IMG/VR virus record: IMGVR_UViG_3300027969_000046
Source: a virus
Reading direction: 5' to 3' (one strand)
DNA: 64,000 nt
The notes beneath the pieces are model-generated. The model ran no database searches and was not told the origin of the DNA. It worked only from the letters and a program-made list of their open reading frames with translations. Of this stretch, positions 1 to 8,083 are shown in pieces (within the stretch, counting starts at the first letter, position 1; every line of letters begins with the position of its first letter). Position numbers and translations under genes: made by a program.

Positions 1-1
1 T

Positions 2-265
2 TTCGAAGATTGTAAAGATCCGAATGATGTATTGTCAAGTAATGGAGAACATCCTAGACTGTTAACGATGGCTCTGCGTAAGGAGATAGCACCAGAATCT
101 CTAATCGTCCTAAACTCGATCCTACAATTCTTGCCAATGTGGGACAGGAAGATTACCGATACTATACGATGGCCTGATTACAGGCAGAGTTTGGTAAAGT
201 ATGCCTCTTTTCTTACCTTAGATGTAGTAAAATATAAGTTATTGTTGAGAAAGATTATATTATGA
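2..265 (+). CDS. gp59: Helicase loader gp59, C-terminal part (5' end outside window)
   Basis: Frame 2 is open from the window edge. The GEHP..L....I.PESL..L..IL.F...WD..I.D...W....KY..FL pattern resembles the gp59 C-terminus, and the gene lies just upstream of gene 32. Confidence 0.75.
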   Translation, partial: FEDCKDPNDVLSSNGEHPRLLTMALRKEIAPESLIVLNSILQFLPMWDRKITDTIRWPDYRQSLVKYASFLTLDVVKYKLLLRKIIL

Positions 266-762
266 AATTATACTTAGATATGGATGGCGTAATTGCCAAC
301 TTTGAAAAGCGATACATTGAATTATTCGGTGAATCGCCAGGTTCATCACGGGATAGAAAACAATTTAGTAATAACTGGACTGTTTTTGTTGAAGGTAAAA
401 ACTTTGAAACTCTTAATTGGTGGCCAGGTGGTCCCGAATTAATCACATATGTTCAGAAAAACTTTTCGCATGAAAATGTGGAAATTCTTACATCATCTGG
501 TGGTAACAAATACCATAGTGAAGTAGAAGTTCAAAAGAATGTTTGGATTAAAAAAATGAATCTTTCCGAAAAATGGAAAGTCAATGTAGTAGCAGGTAGG
601 AAATTAAAGGCGGAGTTTGCAACTCCAGATAGTATCTTAATTGATGATACCTTAGATGTTATCGAAGCCTTTAACAAAGCAGGAGGCATAGGTATTCATC
701 ACAAGGATGTTGGCAATACTATCATGTTGCTAGATATTCTTTTGGACAAAGCACATAAATAA
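262..762 (+). CDS. HAD-superfamily 5'(3')-deoxyribonucleotidase-like protein
   Basis: HAD motif I LYLDMDGVIANF, motif II ILTS and motif IV ILIDD. Confidence 0.8.
   Translation: MKLYLDMDGVIANFEKRYIELFGESPGSSRDRKQFSNNWTVFVEGKNFETLNWWPGGPELITYVQKNFSHENVEILTSSGGNKYHSEVEVQKNVWIKKMNLSEKWKVNVVAGRKLKAEFATPDSILIDDTLDVIEAFNKAGGIGIHHKDVGNTIMLLDILLDKAHK
754..761 (+). promoter_or_regulatory. T4-type late promoter variant CATAAATA upstream of gene 32
   Basis: 7/8 match to TATAAATA, about 70 nt upstream of the gp32 ATG. Confidence 0.5.
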
Positions 763-833
763 AGTTATATTATGATACTGTGGACAAGAAGTTATACATT
801 TAATACAAATACATTTTTATACGAGGTAATACA

Positions 834-1730
834 ATGAGTTCATTTGCAAATCTAAAGCGCAATCGTAGTTCCATGGACAAACTAACCAAGGCGATTGAAG
901 CTACCCAATCCGGTTCATCAGAATCCGGTTCAAAAGACGATACTCGCTTTTGGCAACCATCAGTAGATAAATCTGGCAACGGCATGGCTGTTGTTCGTTT
1001 TCTCCCAGCACCAGCAGTTGATGGTGATGATGCCTTACCGTGGGTTCGCACATTCAGTCACGGATTTCAGGGACCTGGCGGTTGGTTCATTGATAACTGT
1101 TTGACTACTTTGAATGATAAGTGTCCAGTCTGCGAACATAACAATGTTCTGTGGAATTCTGGCATCGAAGCAAACAAAGAAATTGCTCGCAAGCAAAAGC
1201 GTAAGTTGACATATATTGCCAACATTTTGGTTATTTCAGACCCAAGCAATCCTGAAAACGAAGGTCAAATCAAACTGTATAAGTTTGGTAAAAAGATTTT
1301 CGACAAGATTTCTGAAGCGATGAATCCAGAATTCGCTGATGAAACACCAGTTAATCCATTTGATTTGTGGGATGGTGCAAACTTTAAGTTGAAGATTCGT
1401 AATGTTGAAGGCTATCGTAACTATGACAAGAGTGAATTTGCCGATGCAAGTCCTCTCTTTGAAGGTGATGATGCCAAATTGGAAGAATTGTGGAAGAAAG
1501 AGTTTTCTCTTAAAGAGTTTACTGCCTCATCACAGTTCAAACCATACGAGCAGTTGAAAGGTCGTTTGGACAAAGTTCTAGGTGCACCAGTTGCAGCTAG
1601 TAAGGCAGAAACTGCTGATATTAGTCCATTCAAGTCGGAAGAAGCTAAAAGCATTCCTTCTGCAAAGGCGCCTTCATTAGTTGAAGATGATGATTTGGAT
1701 TACTTCAAGTCATTAGCAGACGCTGAATAA
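834..1730 (+). CDS. gp32: Single-stranded DNA-binding protein gp32
   Basis: D.RFW, GNG.AV.RFLP, zinc-binding H/C..CPVC, YKFGKKIFDKI, GANFKLK, YRNYD.S.F and an acidic tail; SD GAGG upstream. Confidence 0.97.
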   Translation: MSSFANLKRNRSSMDKLTKAIEATQSGSSESGSKDDTRFWQPSVDKSGNGMAVVRFLPAPAVDGDDALPWVRTFSHGFQGPGGWFIDNCLTTLNDKCPVCEHNNVLWNSGIEANKEIARKQKRKLTYIANILVISDPSNPENEGQIKLYKFGKKIFDKISEAMNPEFADETPVNPFDLWDGANFKLKIRNVEGYRNYDKSEFADASPLFEGDDAKLEELWKKEFSLKEFTASSQFKPYEQLKGRLDKVLGAPVAASKAETADISPFKSEEAKSIPSAKAPSLVEDDDLDYFKSLADAE

Positions 1731-1752
1731 AAGTCCCATGCAAGTGCGCTAG

Positions 1753-1776
1753 ACCCCTGCTTCGGCAGGGGTTTTT
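1753..1776 (+). terminator. Intrinsic terminator with C(UUCG)G tetraloop after gene 32
   Basis: ACCCCTGC-TTCG-GCAGGGGT followed by a T run, between convergent genes. Confidence 0.92.
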
Positions 1777-3451
1777 ACGTGGCTCTTGCCAACAAAGCAC
1801 CGTTTGTGGAAGTATTATCCTTTGGTGCACCAGCAAGTTGAGTGTTTGTTGAATTATTATTATTGATTGTGGTATTCTTAACAATTATTGGTGCTGAAGG
1901 TTTGCTTTGCTGCCTTTGACCAACAGCAACATCATTAGACGCTTGAGAAACGGCTGATCCTGAAGTTGGTGCAGAAGCTTCGGCAGTTAATTTGGTGTCT
2001 TTAGTTCCCTTACTAGCATCAACGGCTTCTCCAGTTTTATTGGCAACAATTGGAGCATCTCCTGTGCCAACAAGACCGGTAGGTTGAATATGCCAATCTT
2101 CATTTGGTACAGGTCTAGTTAAACCAAATTTCTCTAACCATCCTGTTGAAGCAGTTCTTGTTCCTGCTAATTCATTTAAGAAACCCATTGGACTGCCTGT
2201 GCCTTTTGGCCCAGCAGTCGGTGCAATATCAATTGCTAATTCTTTTTCGTGGAAACTTCTGCCAGGTTTAGCAGCTCGAGGCGAACCATACTTAGCGTAT
2301 AGTTTAGCTTGTTCTTCCGTGCTTCTATAACCAGATGTAACAATTAATTTTTTACCTGTTTTCTCTTTGAAGTCCGCAGCCATAGCGGCTAAGCGTTTTT
2401 CAAATTCAGAATTAAATTTCATATCTACACCAGAAGAAACACTAACCACGGAACTCAAAGATGATGGCGCAGCTGCTTGAGCGCTTGGTCCCGAAGGTTT
2501 TGGTGTAGGTGCAGTCATTGGCGCTGGCGCTGTTGGTGCAGCTGCAGGCGCTTCAGTTACCATATTTGTCTTTGCACCACTTTCAGTTGTTACTGGTGTT
2601 TGTGTTGGTGCAGAACTTGGTGCAGGTTTTGGTTGTTCTTGTTTTTGAACTGGCGCTTGTGGTGCTGGTTCTGGTTGCTTAGGAGCTTCTTTAGTTTCAG
2701 TTTCAACCGATACTGCTTTTGGTTGAATACCAACACCTAAGAATTTTTTTACCTTATCAAACTTCTCTACAAATAAATCTCCAAATCCAAAAAACTCAGC
2801 AACAGATTTTAGAATTTTTTCAATTGCCCCTAATCCCCAATCATAAAAATCAGAAACCATTTTTTTATCAATTAAACCAAAAGTAAAGAATTCAACTATA
2901 CCTCCAACTCCTGCCTTAAATGCTTCCCATATGGAACCAGTTTCTTTCCATGTATCAAAAGCGGATGTAAATCCTTCAAATAATGCGGAGAATATAATTA
3001 ATGGTAATGCAAGGCGCCCAAGAATCTTCATAAAATTCTTAGGGTTAAAAATTGCTTTGAAACCTTTCAAAAGTTTTTCACCAATGGATACAACTTTACC
3101 GCCAACTTTTGTTGATTTGAATTTGTCAAACATCTTCTTGCCAACTTTGCCAAATAAACCAGTACCTTCTTCTTTCTTAATTGGTGTTACTTTTTTAGCA
3201 GTTCCTTTTTCTTGCTCAACAGATAATTTTCTTTCAGCTTCACCTTCTTTTAAGAAATGAGTATCTGCACCTTTTGCAGCTTTACCACCTCGCATCTTAA
3301 CCATCTTTTGAAGATTCTGCCTAGCAACATTTAAATCTCTAGCAATAAATGGTAAACTAAGAAAACTTTTAGCAATTATTTTAGCTAAAATAACGGATTC
3401 GGATGGAGAAGAACTGACTGTTCTATCTATTGTTGGAGATTTATTTGCCAT
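1775..3451 (-). CDS. Tape-measure/baseplate-hub-like protein with M15 (VanY-like) Zn peptidase domain
   Basis: SGYRS..EQ..LY, AAKPGRSFH....AID and EDWH motifs. The helical/hydrophobic N-terminal half is paralogous to 3453..5246. Confidence 0.7.
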   Translation of the reverse strand: MANKSPTIDRTVSSSPSESVILAKIIAKSFLSLPFIARDLNVARQNLQKMVKMRGGKAAKGADTHFLKEGEAERKLSVEQEKGTAKKVTPIKKEEGTGLFGKVGKKMFDKFKSTKVGGKVVSIGEKLLKGFKAIFNPKNFMKILGRLALPLIIFSALFEGFTSAFDTWKETGSIWEAFKAGVGGIVEFFTFGLIDKKMVSDFYDWGLGAIEKILKSVAEFFGFGDLFVEKFDKVKKFLGVGIQPKAVSVETETKEAPKQPEPAPQAPVQKQEQPKPAPSSAPTQTPVTTESGAKTNMVTEAPAAAPTAPAPMTAPTPKPSGPSAQAAAPSSLSSVVSVSSGVDMKFNSEFEKRLAAMAADFKEKTGKKLIVTSGYRSTEEQAKLYAKYGSPRAAKPGRSFHEKELAIDIAPTAGPKGTGSPMGFLNELAGTRTASTGWLEKFGLTRPVPNEDWHIQPTGLVGTGDAPIVANKTGEAVDASKGTKDTKLTAEASAPTSGSAVSQASNDVAVGQRQQSKPSAPIIVKNTTINNNNSTNTQLAGAPKDNTSTNGALLARAT

Positions 3452-3452
3452 A

Positions 3453-5246
3453 TTACGCAGCTAAAAGTTTTGCAAATTCGGTATCGTAAACATCAACAAT
3501 TTGTGGAGTTGGTTCTTTACCGGCTGAACTACTATTGTTTGTAACTGAAGAATTTGTGGTTTGATTACCTGTATCAGCGGCAGATTCCATTCGTTGCTGT
3601 TCTGCAATATCAGCCGAGGCTTTATCCAATTCGGAACCACTTGTTGTTGGTTCAGCATTCATTGGAGATGGAGTTGCATTAGCAGCTGAAGCAGATTTTT
3701 CATCAGATTCTACTGAACCACCAGAAGAACCACCACCAACGGCCGGTGCAGATGATTGTGGTTCTATTTTCTTTTCTTTTATTACATTTTCAATTTGTTC
3801 TTTAATTGTCTTATCTAATTCAGGACTTCCTGTTGTTCCTTCTTTTGCCATTTTTTGTGGATCAGGCAATGGCATATTAAGAAGTTTAGATGCTTGTTCA
3901 ACAATTAATTTTTCAGCTTCTTTAGCATCTTTAGGTAATTCAAAAGATGGTGAATTATCATTAGCTGATTCATTACCATACTTTTCTTGCAAAGCTTTAG
4001 CGTCAGCGGAATATCCACTCATACTGCCAGTTTTTGTATCTCCAGATGGAGTTGGTGATGCAACTGGTGTTGATGAACCAGACTTAACATCAGCTACAGC
4101 TGGTGTTGTTGTCTTTTGGGGTTCTTCACTCTTTGGATCATTTTTAAATGGATAGAATGGGCCAAGTGCAATCTCTTTTGGTGCACCAAGTTTTTGTAAA
4201 ACGTTAGGAATAGGAATAGAGATTTTAGGAATACCAATATTATTGGCAACCCAATCTTTAATTGCTGTAAATGTTTCAGAAATTGATTGTATGATTGGGT
4301 TAATAAAACCCTCAACAGCATCAAACATTTTCTTAACACTATCCTCACCAAATAAGCCAAATGTTAAGAAATCTACGATGCCGCCTAGACCTGCAATAAT
4401 GGCATCTTTAATAGAACCAGTTTCTTTCCACTTATCAAATGCAGCTGTAATGCCTTGAAATAAAGCAGCAAATATCGTTGCAATTACAAATACTCTACCT
4501 AAAACTTTTAATAGATTAGCCGGACTAAAAATAGACATAATTCCTGCAAGTAATCCATTTTTAAAGAATCCAAGAATTGTATCTAATATGCCACTTTCTT
4601 TTTCTGGTTCTTTCTTTTCACCTTCTTTAGCTACTGGTTTAGGCGCATATTTTTGCCTATCAACCTCTAATTTGGTTTCAGCCTCATCAGCTTTAAGAAA
4701 ATAACTATCTGCACCAGTTCTTGCTTCAATTTGGTCTTTTTTACTTTTATTTTTATTGTATTCTTTTGCTTCCATCTTAACAAGTTTAACTATGTTTTGA
4801 CGAAGCACATTCATATCTCTTGCCATCAAATGTAATGACAAGGCATTTTTAGCAATAATTTTTAGGAAAGAATTTAATTCGGAAAAACTACCAGATTCAA
4901 CTGAACCTGCTGATGAAGGAGAGTTTTCATCTCCTTCTTTATTATCTTTAGACTTATCTCTAAACTTACCACGCATATAGGCAGAGAGTATATCATCTCC
5001 ACCAAATGCACCCTTAATAAATTGTTTCTTAATATTTTTTGGGTCTAATTTCTTTTCAAGTCCTTTTTTAGCATCAGAGAACCCACCCGTAATTGCTTCA
5101 CCAAAACCGGCACCTTCCTCAAGACGACTTTTAACACTACCCGAAAAGTCATCACCATGCCCTTCGGACATTTTCTTTTTTAAGGCTTTAGCATCCTTGT
5201 AACCAAGTTCTTGTGCTAAAGCTTCGAGGATAGGTTTTTTTGCCAT
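3453..5246 (-). CDS. Tape-measure/baseplate-hub-like protein (gp29-like position and size)
   Basis: 597 aa, helical, with a hydrophobic central segment and low-complexity C-terminus; lies directly downstream of the gp26/gp51-like genes. Confidence 0.55.
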   Translation of the reverse strand: MAKKPILEALAQELGYKDAKALKKKMSEGHGDDFSGSVKSRLEEGAGFGEAITGGFSDAKKGLEKKLDPKNIKKQFIKGAFGGDDILSAYMRGKFRDKSKDNKEGDENSPSSAGSVESGSFSELNSFLKIIAKNALSLHLMARDMNVLRQNIVKLVKMEAKEYNKNKSKKDQIEARTGADSYFLKADEAETKLEVDRQKYAPKPVAKEGEKKEPEKESGILDTILGFFKNGLLAGIMSIFSPANLLKVLGRVFVIATIFAALFQGITAAFDKWKETGSIKDAIIAGLGGIVDFLTFGLFGEDSVKKMFDAVEGFINPIIQSISETFTAIKDWVANNIGIPKISIPIPNVLQKLGAPKEIALGPFYPFKNDPKSEEPQKTTTPAVADVKSGSSTPVASPTPSGDTKTGSMSGYSADAKALQEKYGNESANDNSPSFELPKDAKEAEKLIVEQASKLLNMPLPDPQKMAKEGTTGSPELDKTIKEQIENVIKEKKIEPQSSAPAVGGGSSGGSVESDEKSASAANATPSPMNAEPTTSGSELDKASADIAEQQRMESAADTGNQTTNSSVTNNSSSAGKEPTPQIVDVYDTEFAKLLAA

Positions 5247-5383
5247 TATCGTTTCGCTTGTTTTTGCAATTTAATTCGTTCTCTTTCTTCTTCAAGGTAC
5301 TTCATCAATAAACTCAGGTAAATATTTCTTTCCCAAGGTAACATATTCTCAAGCTCAGTCAAACTATACTTGTGGTGTTGCAT
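5246..5383 (-). CDS. gp51: gp51-like baseplate hub assembly ORF, probably translated as a -1 frameshift extension of the upstream gene
   Basis: Hand translation MQHHKYSLTELENMLPWERNIYLSLLMKYLEEERERIKLQKQAKR. The frame stays open upstream to the slippery site at 5440-5446. Not in the ORF track. Confidence 0.8.
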   Translation of the reverse strand: MQHHKYSLTELENMLPWERNIYLSLLMKYLEEERERIKLQKQAKR

Positions 5384-5433
5384 CAAAGCAAAGTTTGTCT
5401 GATAGTAGTTACCTAATGTATCATAACGAAAAA

Positions 5434-6165
5434 TTAGACGAAAAAACTTTGGAGACCCTTAATCGTAATATCTTCTTCATATGCACATTTTGGACATTTG
5501 AAGTGGACATCTTTTTTGATTTCAGGCATTGTATCAAAGAATTTTTTAATCTTTTCTAAATCTTTTTGTTGTAGGTTATCTACAAATTCTTCCAATTCTT
5601 CTTTGGTAGAATCTTTGGCATAGTAGATTTGGTCTTTATCATAAATGTAATCAATACAATCAACCAAAATTTTAGTCATAACTTCTTCTTCGCTAATCGT
5701 ATCATATCTTTGAATCATCTCAAAAGTAGGATATTTTAGGCAAATACCAAGATTTTCAGTTAGCTGAACCTTGTTAGTGTGTTCTGGATTGATTGTTGGT
5801 TCTACTTCAAGGATATTCAATTTGAAAGAAACTGAGCCATTACATTTAACCTTAACACCTTCTTCGTTATCAACCTCATTGTTACATTTGTATTTTAAAT
5901 CTACAACTTCTTCTACTGACCTAGCACGCAGGTGCATGAACAAGTATTCCAAATCAAATGTTGGAAGATTGTCAACATCAATCTCATCCAAAATACAATT
6001 CTTCAATACCTGACGGATAGTATTAATGGTTTCTTTAGCATCATCTGCCTCAGAAGCCATTAAAAATAATTTTTGTTCCTTCACAAGAAACGGACGATAT
6101 CTGATAGTTTTACCAGATGATATCAGTTTTACCGTATATGTTGGAATGTCTAACTTTGGTAGCAT
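5434..6165 (-). CDS. gp26: Baseplate hub assembly chaperone (gp26-like)
   Basis: MLPK...PTY...L.SSGK.I.YRPFLVKE.K, FD.EY.F..LRA.SV.E, KYPT, FF.TMP and CPKC motifs; ends GLQSFFV. Confidence 0.8.
   Translation of the reverse strand: MLPKLDIPTYTVKLISSGKTIRYRPFLVKEQKLFLMASEADDAKETINTIRQVLKNCILDEIDVDNLPTFDLEYLFMHLRARSVEEVVDLKYKCNNEVDNEEGVKVKCNGSVSFKLNILEVEPTINPEHTNKVQLTENLGICLKYPTFEMIQRYDTISEEEVMTKILVDCIDYIYDKDQIYYAKDSTKEELEEFVDNLQQKDLEKIKKFFDTMPEIKKDVHFKCPKCAYEEDITIKGLQSFFV
5440..5446 (-). other. Putative -1 ribosomal slippery heptamer T TTT TTC
   Basis: In-frame X XXY YYZ one codon before the gp26-like stop; the -1 frame is open into the gp51-like ORF. Confidence 0.7.
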
Positions 6166-6184
6166 AATAACCTCGCTTTAATAA

Positions 6185-6949
6185 TTAAAAAATTCTACTA
6201 GTAATCGCCCTACCTAATGGCAATGCTGACACAGCAGCACTACCAAATAACGCAGTTGCAGCCGCAGCCAGGTCATAAGACCCCTCGTAAATGGTGCGGT
6301 ATTTTTGATAAGCAAATTGGACTGATAGACGATGAAACCCATCTTCTGACCAACTTAACTGTTGTGGTGCAATTCCAATTGGAAAAGCATCTATCAATTC
6401 GACAGCATGAATCTGTTTAATAAACTCATCATACTGTATAATTTTAATGTTTGTCATGTACCGTGATTGAGCACCTTTTGGAAATCTCATGTTATTTGTA
6501 TCGCCTGGATGAATTGATTCCATCCAACGGTCAAATAACTTTCTTTCATAGAACTCATTGGTACATAAAAATGTAAGTGCTGTATCAGCGTATTGTGTTT
6601 GATATGGTACCTTAAATATGGGACCGTAAATCTTAACATCAGCTGTCTGTAATGTTTTACCAGGCAATTCAGCGTTTTCACATTGTAATGCTAAATATCT
6701 GGACAAAGAAGAATTGGATGTCTTTGAATATTCGTCTTGTGTTCCTTGACGACCAAACGCCGAACCAATGGCATCACTCACATCGGTGAATACAGAGTTA
6801 GGGAAATTCAAAATCTTATTAATGATTGAATTGCCAACAAAACTATTGATGTATGGTGGAATAGGAAGAATAACCTCAAAGCGAGAAGGCTTTGCAAGTC
6901 CGTCCTTTGCTCTTATATTCGATAAAAATAAATTTGGTGAAAATGACAT
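6185..6949 (-). CDS. gp54: Baseplate tail-tube initiator (gp54-like, tube fold)
   Basis: GLAKPSRFEV, C..AELPG, F..W...I and AFP.....LSW.......L.V.FAY tube-family motifs; synteny. Confidence 0.75.
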   Translation of the reverse strand: MSFSPNLFLSNIRAKDGLAKPSRFEVILPIPPYINSFVGNSIINKILNFPNSVFTDVSDAIGSAFGRQGTQDEYSKTSNSSLSRYLALQCENAELPGKTLQTADVKIYGPIFKVPYQTQYADTALTFLCTNEFYERKLFDRWMESIHPGDTNNMRFPKGAQSRYMTNIKIIQYDEFIKQIHAVELIDAFPIGIAPQQLSWSEDGFHRLSVQFAYQKYRTIYEGSYDLAAAATALFGSAAVSALPLGRAITSRIF

Positions 6950-7528
6950 TTAGAATTTTTTCCTAGAATCTGTCCATACTTTGTTTTTCGTTGCGCCGTC
7001 AAAATACTCATATGGGATTAAGGCGGCAATATCCCACTCATCGGCAGTAATCTCTAAGAATCTGCTTTTGACTTGTTTGTAAAGGTACTTCTTAATACAA
7101 GGAAGACCTTCGTAAATTGTGCTGGCATTTTTAAGAACATTATAAGTTAATCGAAGCTTTGTCGTTTCGTCATACTTATGGTTATTCAAAAAATGACTCA
7201 GTTTGTCTAAAAGAATGACACGTTGCTTTGGACTGATATAATGTAAATTCAGTCCTAAAAAACCGTCTTGGTATCGTTCAATTGGTATAACCAATGGGAA
7301 CCTGTCGTAATATGGCAACATATCTTTCGTTTTTGCGTCATAGAAGTAAAAATACATCCGACCCAATATGGACTTATCTTTTAATTTCTCACGGTCTTTC
7401 ATCAATGCCGTGCGGTTAGGACTCAAGTCTTTAACCTTTGCTTTTAGCCAATCTCTTGCTTCACTAGTTCTGGATTCATGGCCAGATTTCTCTAGTTCTT
7501 CCTTGATTCGCTGGATTAAGTAAGCCAT
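6950..7528 (-). CDS. gp2: DNA end protector protein gp2
   Basis: G.MYF.FYD.K.K..LPYYD.FPL and GFLGLNLHY motifs. Confidence 0.92.
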   Translation of the reverse strand: MAYLIQRIKEELEKSGHESRTSEARDWLKAKVKDLSPNRTALMKDREKLKDKSILGRMYFYFYDAKTKDMLPYYDRFPLVIPIERYQDGFLGLNLHYISPKQRVILLDKLSHFLNNHKYDETTKLRLTYNVLKNASTIYEGLPCIKKYLYKQVKSRFLEITADEWDIAALIPYEYFDGATKNKVWTDSRKKF

Positions 7529-7534
7529 ATCGTC

Positions 7535-7542
7535 TATTTATA
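7535..7542 (-). promoter_or_regulatory. Late promoter TATAAATA for gp2
   Basis: Perfect consensus 6 nt upstream of the ATG. Confidence 0.85.
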
Positions 7543-7615
7543 CTAAAAAAATAAGGCTTAAGATTACCTTGATTTTGATGGCGGAACCTTATAAGTATCG
7601 GTGTCCGGTTTTAAG

Positions 7616-8047
7616 TTAGATACCTAATTCCTTCTCTGTTACCAATAGGAACTTCCAACCATGTTCCTGACAGAAGATATCAGCAGCTCTCCACTTTTCT
7701 TGATTGACCGCAAAGGTTGCCATTTCTTGAATCATCCGTCTAGTCTTTTTCTTTTGCGTGGGCATCTTGGTTTGAGCTAATGGTTTGACTTCAATAATGT
7801 AGGTCATCACTTTTCCATCCTTCAATTTCATCTTTGCAATAAAGTCTGGAAAGTATTTGTGTTTCTTATTATCTACTGGAGATATGTAAGGGATAGGTAA
7901 TTCTTCAGACCCCCACCATATTACACTTGGATGTTCATCCAACCATTTCATTACACGCACTTCCCACGTTGACCGATAGACGATATTTGTAGCATCGCCT
8001 TTATATTTTTGTGGGTTTTTTGGTTTAAACCATCCTCGATATGACAT
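7616..8047 (-). CDS. gp4: Head completion nuclease gp4
   Basis: P.NP.KY.GD, YRS.WE, W.SEE, YFPDF, IEVKP and N..KW motifs. Confidence 0.95.
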   Translation of the reverse strand: MSYRGWFKPKNPQKYKGDATNIVYRSTWEVRVMKWLDEHPSVIWWGSEELPIPYISPVDNKKHKYFPDFIAKMKLKDGKVMTYIIEVKPLAQTKMPTQKKKTRRMIQEMATFAVNQEKWRAADIFCQEHGWKFLLVTEKELGI

Positions 8048-8061
8048 AAATAGTATCTAGT
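8045..8061. promoter_or_regulatory. Overlapping divergent late promoters: CATAAATA (+, 8045-8052) for gp48 and ACTAGATA (-, 8054-8061) for gp4
   Basis: Both resemble TATAAATA; the minus-strand box is 6 nt from the gp4 ATG. Confidence 0.55.
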
Positions 8062-8083
8062 TAACCCTTTCCGTGGAAAATAT

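Noticed and set aside
779-787. TGTGGACAA as a DnaA box
   Set aside because: Single copy with one mismatch; expected by chance.
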